Assembly: GCA_040954595.2 (NCBI GenBank)
Contig: CM082583.2
Span: 3,171,060-3,235,059, forward strand
Direction: 5' to 3'
From: Balanoglossus misakiensis
Lineage: Eukaryota > Animalia > Hemichordata
Length of the DNA stretch: 64,000 bases
The position numbers were made by a program, and so were the translations under genes. Below, piece after piece: positions 1 through 11,700 of this stretch. Below the pieces are notes generated by a model that was not told the DNA's origin, made no database searches, and saw nothing but the letters and a program-made list of their open reading frames with translations. Every line of letters begins with the position of its first letter. The first letter of the stretch is position 1.

Positions 1-77
1 ATACATCCATACATACATACAGGTGCAACTGATCCCATAAGGTCCCTTGGTATAAATACATATACCAAATGGGACCT
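1..77. mobile_element. Terminus of a Helentron-type non-autonomous element (HINE/DINE-1-like), truncated by the window edge
   Basis: (CATA)n tract then stem-loop AGGTCCCTTGGTATA...TATACCAAATGGGACCT followed by AA. It closely matches the end of the 18503-20105 element (20030-20105). Confidence 0.75.
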
Positions 78-2204
78 AATAATTCTGATAAAATGCCTAC
101 ATACATAAAAGTCAGCAATAAAGTAAGGGGATAGTGGGCTGGGGCCTAATGTCAATTACTGTTGCAAATTATAAACACTCAGCTAGTGTAAAAAACACTT
201 GTACCTTCAATGTCCTTGGACAACACATTTTTGTAACTTTCCCAGATCAATGGCTAAGATTACTTGCCAAGGGTGACTAGAAATTTGGGGGCCAGATGCA
301 ATTCTGATACATGTTCTTCATAATTAATAGATATGGTGAAAATCCTGTAAACTGAATTACAGGGAAATCAGATTTTCCATGGAAAATCATTTCACCCAAA
401 AATGTCAAAAGTGTAGAAAATAATTTTGAAACAAAAAGCCTAAATCAAAATAATACCAAAATTTAAATTGTAATGCAGTAAGGCAAGCAATTTGAGGATG
501 AAGAAACTTACAATTTTTTTTTACAAATAGTACATAATTTGCAAATGCCGCACATAAACTTACAATTACTACCACATTACTTACATAAGGATATTGTACC
601 CAGAGAGACATTGTGGTCGAGCAATCTCCAGATAAACACGACTTGGTCTAATTACAAATATTGAAAATGTAAATGACAAACACAACACTTCTCATCTTTC
701 AGTACAGTCAGCTGCTTGTGAACAATTTGCATGTAGCTATTTTCATCAAATTTTCAGCCCAAGTCATGCCTATACAATTTTCTGCATGGGAAAGTCATGG
801 CTAGCATGGGTTGGCAGGTTATGGGACCTCGCTCAGGTTCCCTCGAATAAAACCTAACACATGTTTGGTAACTGATTATTCTGCATTTGATGATTTTGAC
901 ACATTTTTAGATAAATCCCTATCAATTAGTCATATTTCATTAACCTTGCTATACAGCGTCTTCAATATGAAATATGAATCTTGTTGACTGATATTGTTGA
1001 GGATAGTGGTACATTAAGTTTGCCAAGTGGAGAATATTCAAGTGATTATTAGTGGTGTCCAACTCTCCTTGATAACCAGTTGTGGCTTGTCACTACCATA
1101 ATTTTAAAAGGGTGAATTCACTATTTGATGGGAAAAGGTGGCATTGACAAACAAGCTATGGAGCATGTATACAGCAAGTTGTCCTTACCGGAAAGCGGTC
1201 TTGGATCAGGCCTAGGTATTCTCTCCCTCCTCCGGCATACGTTGAAATGCTGTGTTTAAGACTGTGAATCAAATATATGCATAATAATTAGTAACCAATC
1301 ATAACCTTGCTTTAGAATTATGTGTGCCATACTAATTAGTGAAAATATGCAAAACATGGTATAAAGTAGGGTCAGACTGTGCTGTGATCATGTACAACAG
1401 TGGAATACTAATCAGAGAAATCTGTAACAGTGATCTTGAAACTCCATTTACATCATTACTGCAGAAAAGAATGTCCCCTTTTGTATACCCCAAACATGGC
1501 AATTAGGTGACAAGTGAAACTGACATTATGTCTGTAAACAACAGAACGTGTACACGCACTTTGACATATACATAACACTGTACAAGGATTTCTTTATGTT
1601 TGTTGGGAAAATGAAACTTGTATTTGCTCAACCTCACTTTTCATTACAACTGATTAGCACAAAAATGTACATTGTTAGCAATTGTAAAACATTTATTTTA
1701 GTATAGTCAAGTTAGCCTTAACATTTAAAAGTCGAATATCAGTATACTAATATGACTAAAAATATGTCAGTATATCTGATGGCATGGTGGCGGAAGTACA
1801 TGTTGTTACCAGGGAAGACACATTGAACATAGACTAGCCCACTATTCACTTGGTGATTTTTTGTCTTTATAAAGATTCTCAATACTTTTTGTGCATTTGG
1901 AAGCTTTGAGCAAGTTTCTGGTACTGAGCCGAGTTTCGAATTCAGAAGTGGGCTGCTCTGGCTTTGGTTACCATGGGCCAATGTGATCTTATGCACACAT
2001 GTTTGCAAAAAAAGTCCAGCCTGTTTGTATCGTGATTTATAGTTTTCTTTCTGGCCTAAAGTTTTGTTTTATTTCACTCTAAACAACATTACTGTCCTTC
2101 ATGTGTCTAATTTGCTGCAGTTTTGTAGCCCCTCTGGCTCTCCTTGGCGATTTTTATTTTGTCCAAAACAAAAATCGTGTATTGGTATGGGAGTAATTTC
2201 CAGC

Positions 2205-2498
2205 TATAGGGATAAACTGTTTTTACGCCATTGGGGAAATTTGCAGTGCATTATGGGTCAATTGAGTCCCGTTTTTTGGGGGGGAGTAGCGTCCACAATC
2301 TATCCAATTTTCCAGCGATTTTGTCAGATTTTCTTCAAGTAACGTTAGTAGTAGTAGTTACATGAAGAAAATCTGACTAAACCGCTGGAAAATGGATAGG
2401 TTGTAGACGCTACTGCCCCCCCCCCCCCAACCGGAACTCCATTGACCCATAATGCACTGCAAATTTCCAAGATGGCGTAAACACAGTTTATCCCTATA
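2205..2498. mobile_element. Palindromic (foldback) MITE
   Basis: Ends TATAGGGATAAACTGT / ACAGTTTATCCCTATA. The arms are complementary over ~140 bp each (e.g. GCAGTGCATTATGGGTCAA / TTGACCCATAATGCACTGC). Confidence 0.8.
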
Positions 2499-3169
2499 TG
2501 GAAATGCATCCAAATTTAATTTATGCTTGCAGCTTCACATGAAGATTTGAACTTGTCCATTAAATTCAGGTCATCACGATCATATCACAGCCTCACAGGC
2601 AATCGAGGCCAGAATTCGAAAGGGACAAAAGTATTGATAGCTGGGAATGTGTAAATTAGTTCGTACACATACATTGTTTCCAATTGTTTCGGTTGCCACG
2701 CCCGATAAAAGCAAATATATAGCAAGTCATGCTTACCATTGAGCGGTCTTAAACTCGCCCCGGACGAGGAAGAGAATGCCGAGTTAAATTGCAAACAAAT
2801 TCAGGCAGCATCTGTGAATCAAATAGACATAGAAGTTAGTAACCAGTCATCAAACAGCTTTAGCATGTCACTAATTAGTCAAAATATGCAGGACGTGCAA
2901 TAATGTGACCAAGTGGTCCACACACTGAGGCTCAAGACAATTTGGTATTAATCGTCTGATACAGTATGAATCAATTAGGCCTAGTTCGAATAATTCTTAT
3001 TGTGTCACTGCCAACATCGGGACATAGCTGACACTGGTAGCTTATAACTGTCACAATAGTGCCAAAAAATCTCCCAACAGCAAAACTAATTCTGGTCAGT
3101 TTATTTGCTATCGCTTTGCCTTTAAATCGCCTTGCCTTAACAGTTATACTGTAGTTCGTTACGGTACCA

Positions 3170-3270
3170 CCCAATCTGATTAAAATCAGATGTAGGGAAC
3201 GGCGATTTGTGAGGCGACACCATAAAAAACCAAGTCGCCGTTCCGTACATCTGATTTTAATCAGATTGGG
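3170..3270. repeat. Inverted repeat / hairpin element
   Basis: CCCAATCTGATTAAAATCAGATGTAGGGAACGGCGA pairs with TCGCCGTTCCGTACATCTGATTTTAATCAGATTGGG (~36-bp stem, 1 mismatch). Confidence 0.8.
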
Positions 3271-4297
3271 TACCACCTGTCCCACCACAGCAAAGCCGAC
3301 TCGAGCCGGCGAAAGACGTACAATTTACTCACACTCACAGTCGCATGGTGTAAATCAACGCACAAATTCCATGCGACTGTGAGTTCACTGTGTGTTGCTG
3401 TAACGCCTGCCAAATTCAGAATTTCGATGTTGGGAGGCCACTCTCGCCGTACCACTACCAGTTTTTGCTAGAAGGAGAGCACTTGTAAAGTTACAGTAAA
3501 TGCCATGCTTACCAGAAATCCGACATTCAAGCATGGAGGCGACCGGGACCTCCATGCTTGAAGAACGTCGAAGCTGCAATGATTTCAAATCCAACGGTTT
3601 GGGTACGAGAACGAGGCACCAGCTGCGAGTAAATTATGCAAATTAGTTACTACTCAATCATAATGTTGCTTTATCATGACGTCACACTAATTAGTCAAAG
3701 TATGCAGTGCAACGTATGCGCCTCACGTCAATGCATACACACAAACTGATGCCAATTGATGAATTCTGTCAGGACATTCTTAGGAAGAGCGATTTTGTAA
3801 CCCGATTATCTCATTAGTGTATTAGGCTACAGAAGCGTAGTGCAATTCAAAATAGGGACATGAATGATATATTTCGTTTTCTTCAAATTTTTTGTACTAC
3901 AAAAAAATGCGAAAAAACAAATAGCAAGCGGCGCTATTAAAATTTTTAATACAAATAAATCTCAGTTATGGCCATGTGGAAATGGAACGTCAATCCGCAT
4001 TAATTTGTCAAAAATAATAGAAAAGACAAAGAGCTGAGACATCCTAAAATAAAAAGGAATAACCTCTCCGTTCTGACCTGTATTGGGAAGGCCTATTGTA
4101 ACAAGCATTATGTCGGATCATGCTACCATCCGCCATTCTGATTGGACGAGAGATCAATCCAGCGATGCGAAAGTACTGAATAGAGCACTGCAAAAACCAG
4201 GCCCTGAACTAATAGCATGCAACAGGGAAAACGTGACCACACCAAATACTAGTAAATAAAAAAATGCTGACAGATTTCATTGTCTAACAATACCTTA

Positions 4298-5140
4298 GGG
4301 ACCGTTCAGTTTTTACGGCCGGGGGGGGCGGCAAAATCCAGGGGGGGTCACTTAAATTTTGAAGTCCACAAGGGGGGGTCATCTGGTTGTTTTAAACGTT
4401 TAGGGGGGTCACATACTTTTGCCACCGAACTTTTGCTTTTGAGTCCACAAAATTGCAGTTTCGCACCCTTTATTTTACATAATTTTCTAATGTGGGAGGG
4501 GGACCCACCCCCTCCATTCTTCGCCACGTTGCATTTATTCACTAATTTGTCTAGTGTATTAGGGAAGACTTCTTGCCACCCCACCCCCGATGCCTACTTT
4601 GAGTGGAGTGGTAAAATTAAAATTTGTCCTCCCTAAGATTGAGTTAATTTGCTTTTGAGTTCATTAAAATGCAGCTTTGAGCACCGCATTTTTACAATTT
4701 TCTTATGTGGGAGGGGGATAACCATAGCCCCTTTACGGCAACAGTACATTGGGAGTACATTGGGAGGGGGATACCCCCTCCCACGCCCACCCCCGCCACT
4801 TTTCTTGTTTTACCGATTTTAGCAACTATTGTATTGACTTGTCATTTTAATTTGTTCATATATTTCTTTATTGCAACGATATACTATTATATACTTCAAT
4901 AATACTTTAAGAAATATATAATTGAGGTGTGAGGAGCCTCATTCCCTTTATTGCATACAGTGTACATAGGATCAGGACGGCGAATGTTTTGGGCGTGGGG
5001 GGTCATCATATTTTTGGGTCTGTCAAAGGGGGGGGGGTCATCATTTTTTGGTCCTGGGTGAAGGGGGGGTCGGCCTGATTTTGAGAACCGATGACACAAA
5101 CTTGCCGCCCCCCCCCCTGCCGTAAAAACTGAACGGTCCC
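4298..5140. mobile_element. PIF/Harbinger-type (Tourist-like) MITE, 843 bp, TTA TSD
   Basis: TIRs GGGACCGTTCAGTTTTTACGGC / GCCGTAAAAACTGAACGGTCCC, with TTA on both sides (4295-4297, 5141-5143). The empty site is visible in a paralogous repeat at 43411-43556. Confidence 0.85.
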
Positions 5141-5674
5141 TTATATAAAGGAACGTACGGACAGACAAAGACATCAGGGCAGACAGAGAATTGGAGGACA
5201 AAACGGTGAGGATGTAGAGAACGGGAGGCATTTAGTCTGGCAGAGACCCTGAGATTCCCTAAAACTCGCGCGCTTCCTTCAGATAATTTGTTCAGTGTGG
5301 GAAGTGATTGCTTTAAGATTTTCTCAGTGAGAATGTGATGTCTACGCATGACTGCAGTACTGAAGATTGACAAATCTGAAATTTGATGAAAATTTTCTAG
5401 AGATACAAATCTTACAGATGTACAGCTGTGCTTAGACTCAGAGACATTTGACAGTTTCTTGTCATTTAATTGCTGAAAAAAATTACCGTTTTCGCTTACT
5501 GTGTACAGTAAAGAAGGATGTTGTTATTACTCATATCGCCATTTAAAAGCAATTTTAATCAATTACCAAGAAGCAAAACAAATTAATTTGCAACATTCAC
5601 AGGAGTACTGTATGTATACTGAATTATTACTACATCACTGACTCTCACTGTAATTCTCTTTTTTGAATGAAAAG

Positions 5675-7341
5675 CCATTCTGCGACGGTGGCCATTAGGA
5701 TTGCATGCAACTTCGGTGGCAGAAATTGTACCACCAAGGCTCAAGAATTGTTCTCAGAGTGGTTGGCTGATCCTGTTGCAAACAGGTAAGGAAACAAAAT
5801 GATCAACAAATAATTTCCGCATTTATATTATCTAACCCCTTAGCCTTAAATGAAACGTTCTTCAAATGTGTGAAGTATAGATATCAGCAAAAATCAGTAA
5901 AATCAGCAAAATCAGTAAAATGGAAGAACTAGATATAGCTTTTTATAATATGATCCTGACCCTGTTGTTAACAACACATGATCCGTTGTAGGTAAAACAA
6001 AAGTGTAGGTAAAACAAAAGTGAACTGGAAAAAATGTGCATAATAAAATTTTCAGTTCTTTGATATATGAGTTTGCAGTTTTATGTTTATGATACACATT
6101 TAAAACTTGCAGTCATAGAAGCTGATGAATTGGACTGACGTTTATGGCCTAGTATTGGATTCCAGCATAAATGTAGATATCAGAGAAAGTATACTATGCG
6201 CGGCTATGATGTATGTAGACGAGGAAGACTGGGGTGCCACTCACACCGTGTTAGAAAATTCAAAAGATGCACAGTTATCCGCTGACATCAAATCAGCCCT
6301 AGCCTGCAATACAAGACCGTGGATCTTGCAAAATTACATGGAGATGTACTTACACACTGACCAAGCTGTTGAGATAATCAGCTATGTTGGAAATGCCACT
6401 GCTGTAGGATTTCTCATTGCATGGGATTTTGCTACAGAGTATTTTGATATACTCGCGCAGAAGTAAGTAGATTAAATATTTTATCATATGTTTTGTCACA
6501 ATTGAAAAGTTACTGTTAACAGGATGTGACAATGTTTTGCAAATTTGCTTGACATATCTACATGTTTTCAAAATGGAGTTGATTCAAAAATTGTGTACGG
6601 TACTTATTCCATCTTCTGTGCTGATGTCATTTCAGTGATGAAAACGCTGCATATGACTTGATATGGCAGTTTACTAATACTAGGCGGACAAAGACAAGGT
6701 AAGACATGTAGCATAGAAATATTGATACTCTGTAAAGTGCAAGTGTGTTTTATGTGGTATTATATTATACCAGTATATTGATGGTGTAAATCACGCTATT
6801 TGATTGGTCGAGACACGACACGTGACCGTGATATATTAGCCATATACCACAGTCATATATCATAGTCAAAGAAAATGCCTTTTTAAAATGTTTTATGCAA
6901 AGTTTCAATATACTGGCATAATATAATAGCAATAAAACACCCCCAGCCATGGTATACCACTCGTTTTTGACCAGTTCAACTCCATATACGCACTCGCTAT
7001 CGCTCGTGCGTATATGTCGTGAACTGGTCAAAATCTCGTGGTATACCATGGCTGGGGGTGTTTTATTGCTTAATTAGACAGTAGTGTTCCGAAGGCTTTC
7101 TAAAGCCTAGTGAAGTGGTAATGTTGATTCGGGTATAAAGTGTGATTAGATGGTGTAGAGATACTAACAGTGTTTTGTTTTATTTCTACAGTATGACGAT
7201 TTTGGTCGGAAGTATAACAACATGCCAGCCAACAGTGCCCTTGGCTTCTACACAGGTCTGAGAAAGCTAAATACCAACATTCAGTGGATGGATATGAATT
7301 ACCAAGAAATTGAGACGTTTCTGAAAAGCAGGGCAGACTGA
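5675..7341 (+). pseudogene. 3' exons of an M1 aminopeptidase N-like gene (copy 0), probable frameshift
   Basis: Exons 5675-5785 (IRIACNFGGRNCTTKAQELFSEWL), 6166-6462 (INVDIRESILCAAM...SALACNTRPWIL...GFLIAWDF), 6636-6698, 7192-7341 (YDDFGRKYNNMP...NIQWMDMNYQEIETFL*). These are homologous to exons 12-15 of the downstream copies. The third exon is 63 nt versus 73 nt in the paralogs, which breaks phase. I found no upstream exons in the window. Confidence 0.7.
6928..7070. mobile_element. Near-perfect 143-bp hairpin, probably the end of a short non-autonomous element beginning ~6765
   Basis: AGCAATAAAACACCCCCAGCCATGGTATACCAC ... GTGGTATACCATGGCTGGGGGTGTTTTATTGCT, with further inner pairing. Confidence 0.8.
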
Positions 7342-8792
7342 GGTCATTAAAGGTATGCGTTCACCTATGGAAATTTAGCTATGGTAACATGGCAAATTGA
7401 AATACAGCTAATCAATGATATTCAGTGGTTTAGCATGCACAATTTTTTTTTCTGAGTAATGATAGCGTCATTGAAACCTTGCCTATACATGACCAAGACA
7501 TACGTACTGAGATATCATCATAAAACCTGTTTATAACCTGTGTATGTATGTATTTTTTAATATGTTAACTTAAAATCATTTTAACAGAGATGTGCTCTTT
7601 GAATGAAAACTTACCAATTTGTTCAATGCAACATTGTATTTTTCCAAAGCAAAGTGATTGTTTTGTGTGATTTGTAAGAAAATATGGAAATAGTCTATAT
7701 GATGCTTGTGTATCGTTTGTGTAAATGTTGGTAATCTTAGTGGCTGCTATAGTCACAGGTTTGTTTGTAATTAAGAAACAGTACTGTTGCATACGGAGTG
7801 TTCACTGATTTGTAGATATCTATTTTACTGAGCATTTTTATATCTGAGGGGTGTTTGTTAATATCATAATTGAGATGTGTTCAGGCCTAGAGTCTATGTG
7901 AGTAATGCCAAACTTCTTGCCTGCTATTAAGGGTTTGAAACTATATGTTTTTTTTTACAAGTTTAGTAATATTTTATACTCTTCTTATATGTACTGAAAT
8001 ATTGTGTGTTGCATTGTATTTTATTGTGTTTTTACCCAGTATCCTTGCTTTAAAACTAAGTTGTAAACTGTAACAGTAGCAGTAATCAGACGGTACAGGC
8101 TAATTCTGGAAGGCTGTATAATATTGTATACATTTTAAGCAGAAAATCCATGATTTAGCTATGTGACAGTCAACTGATACAATTTGGTGATGAGTGATGA
8201 TCACTATTATACTTAGAACCTATAGTAATCAGGTAACTTAGCCCCACGCCCAATGAATATCCAATGTCTCTAAATTGCTTTAGAGGTGGTTTTTGAAATG
8301 ATGGTCATTTTTCGCAATAACAATTTTAACACTGAAATAGAAATACAGGTATACTTTTGTGAAAAGATATTCAAGAACACGTACCTAAGGACCTTTCTGC
8401 ATGACGTGTTCTGCTGGGATTTCAAATTGATTACATAAGGTAGAAGTATTTAACAGTAACTCATTTTTGATTTTGGAGAATATTGCTGAATAATGTCAAT
8501 GATTGCAAGAGTGTGTATTTTGTTTTTAAAGGAGAGTTTAAGTCTAAATGATTTAAATAAATGAATGAACTACTCTCTTTCTCTCTGGATAATTTTAACC
8601 TAGTTAACCGTGTTCGGTGGTACGCCATGTTCACTCTGTCAAGGACAACTACAATTGCAAACTTCCCGCCTCTGTGTTTAAGTTTATAGGCCTATCAAGT
8701 GACATGCGCAGGGTGCTTGGGCGTCGTTCAAATCAACAAAGGTATTTTAAGAATCCTAGGTCATTCCTCTCTCCACGTCGGTCAACATCGAC

Positions 8793-11700
8793 ATGGCGAG
8801 GGAAAGCACATATCAAGTCAACCCTGAGGAAAGAAATGGTATATTTGTTAAATATTTCGCGTTATGCATTGCTATTCTACTTGTGGTAGTTGTTTTCATA
8901 GCCGTCATTCTCTTGGTATACTATTTACACCCTGGATGGCCGTGTCCGCAGATACCAACGTTTGCTACACCCAGTGATGACCTCCCGGCTATTTCGGACA
9001 GGCCACAGAAAGTGTTCGACGGGCGACTGCCGGACAACCTGCAGCCAATCAACTACAGGGTCAAGTTCACCCCATATATGGACGAAGAAGACGGCGACAA
9101 GCAATACCTTATCGATGGCGAAGTAACGATAAACGTGGAGTGTGTCAAATCAACAGACACCATCATCCTACATGCATCGCATCTGCAAATTGGAACGGTG
9201 GACGTGAACGGTGATGACAGTGTCATCGGCGTGGCGGACATCAGCGCGGATGAAGAGTATGATTTCTTTATTATCAAGACGGAGGAGACATTGCAGAGCG
9301 GAAAAAGATACAATATTTCAATGAGTTACCAAGCTCTGATGAATAACACCCATTTGGCTGCATTCTTCCTCAATGTCTACGAAGAACATGGCGAAACAAG
9401 GTGAGAAGAAAATAGTGGGTGTGTATGTGGCCTTCTGCTTTTGAAAGCACATATAGAACTTCTATTCTAGTGGAACATATAATAGCATTGGAGAAATTTG
9501 AATGGTTTAGTACGTACTACACCATTTAACATTGTTCAATGACTCTTTCGGGTCTGGGTATTAAGGTGTTTGTTCTGTAACTGGGTCACCATTCTGGACA
9601 ACAAAATGTTACTGCCGTTTAACACATGCTTTGAATACTAATTGTCAATTCGTTAAACCGATAAATCTACTTCATTGTGCTTAAAGTTGGTAAGTGGAGC
9701 GTGGAAGGTCTCCCTTTTGTGTCTTTTGCAGATAGGTCATTTATATTGTCTGAAAGGGGCATGGTCACTCACTTTTAACATTGCTGTGATTATTCTACTT
9801 TCTTGATGTGTTAAATATGTTCCCCTCACTGAAATATGCAGAGTTTAGATCTATAACAAGTTCAATCACATATGAGCACGGCAATGATTACTACGTATAT
9901 GATCATATTGTGAAATTATTGGTATTGACCTAAATATACCTCTTTGTGTAACAGGTTAATGTACCGGTATACAGAGTAATTATTTACAAAACAAAACAAT
10001 TGTACTTAGGGCCTTTCTACAAAGACAGCAGGTGTGTTCCCAAAATGATGGTTTGATTCATGTGATAAGAGCTCAAATGCTACATGTACCGTATGTTTAA
10101 TGACACTACATATTGACATTGTTACACGTACTGAATCTCCCATTTCACTTTTTGGCTCAGATATCTCTTGGCTAGCCAGTTAGAAGCTATTGATGGTCGC
10201 CGTGTGATGCCTTGTTTCGACGAACCTGCTTTGAAAGCCACCTTTGATGTTATCATCAAACACCGGACAAAGAGATCGGCTCTCTCTAACATGCCGAACA
10301 TCAGAAACGAGACCGTAGGAGACTGGAACACGGCATATTTCGACACAACACCTGTCATGCCAGTCTATTTACTGGCTCTTCTGGTGTCAGATTTTGTCTG
10401 TAAAGAAGCGACGACAAAATTCGGTGTAAAGGTAAGCATTCCAACAAAATGCTGCATGCGTATTGAAGATTCCTGTCTAATTTTCCTTCAGTGACACATT
10501 AGTCAATTTTTCAAAGTGGAAATAAAACTAGTTATTGGTATATTCTGTTTTACAGTTTCGGGTGTGGGCTTCTGAAGTTAACATCAACGACACAGAATTC
10601 GCATTGGATGTTGGTGTGAACACACTGGAGTATTTAGAAGATTTGATGCAGCTGCCGTATCCACTACCTAAACTTGGTAATCCAGTGTCATCAGTTTGTA
10701 ACTTTCCTGACACATTTAAAAAATACACTTACAAACTGAATCAACATCAATCAATCAGTCCATCCATACCGGTACATCCACCCATTAATCAATCAGTTCT
10801 CTTTCTTCTCCATAGACATGGTTTCCTTGCCCGTTTTCAACGATTATGGAGCAATGGAGAATTGGGGTTTAATACATTACAAACATGATTGGATACTTTA
10901 TGACGAAAGTGTTCATCACCCACCGAGGGCACAACGTGTGGCTAGAATAATAGCTCATGAACTAGCCCACATGGTGAGTGATGTAATTGATAATCAATTT
11001 ACAGTTGACCACAGTAGGAAAAAAAGAACAAAATACATTGACATTGATGTTATGTGTTCTATGTGACCTTGAGTATGCTTTTCAAGAGATGAAGATTTTT
11101 TTACCAAACATTGTATATTTTTTGAAAAATTGACAGTGGTTTGGCAACCTGGTAACAATGGGATGGTGGAACGTCTCGTGGTTGAATGAAGGTTTTGCCA
11201 GACATTTTGAGTTTGTTGCGTTGGAAGAAGTTAGACCTGAATGGGAAATGGTAAGTTTACTGTAATCATTGTGGCAACTTTTGGCAATGAGAGCCTTCTG
11301 TACGGTACTCAGTGTTCTTGCTTAATATAAGCACACAACGCTCTTGTTTATATATGTTCATCCTTGATATTATCAACCATGAATCTATCTGCTCTCTTCT
11401 ATACAGTACGAGCAGTTTTACCAAGATGAGGTGACATTCAGATCAATGGACAACGATGCGAGCAGTGATTCTCACCCAACTGTACAAGCTAACGTTGGGT
11501 GGTTGCATGAAATATGGTCACAGTTTGACACCAGGGTGTATGAACGGGTGAGTTGCCCGTCTATTTTGTCCCGCAAACTGGCATCTGCAATTGGACATGA
11601 AGTTTCATTATTATGATGTGGTGTTTGGATGTATTTGGATGAAACATGTAATTACAATAATTCAAAGGAACACTCACATTAAATCCCCATGTTAAATTTT

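Noticed and set aside
4280-5373. Cluster of 65-118 aa ORFs
   Set aside because: They lie in the G/C-run-rich MITE and adjacent repeat, with no transposase motifs.
9053-9313. Minus-strand ORFs over APN exons (also 10122-10358, 12649-12972, 17417-17887, 22675-22872) and the plus-strand ORF 61653-61982 over TP53BP1
   Set aside because: Antisense shadows of real coding exons, with no independent features.
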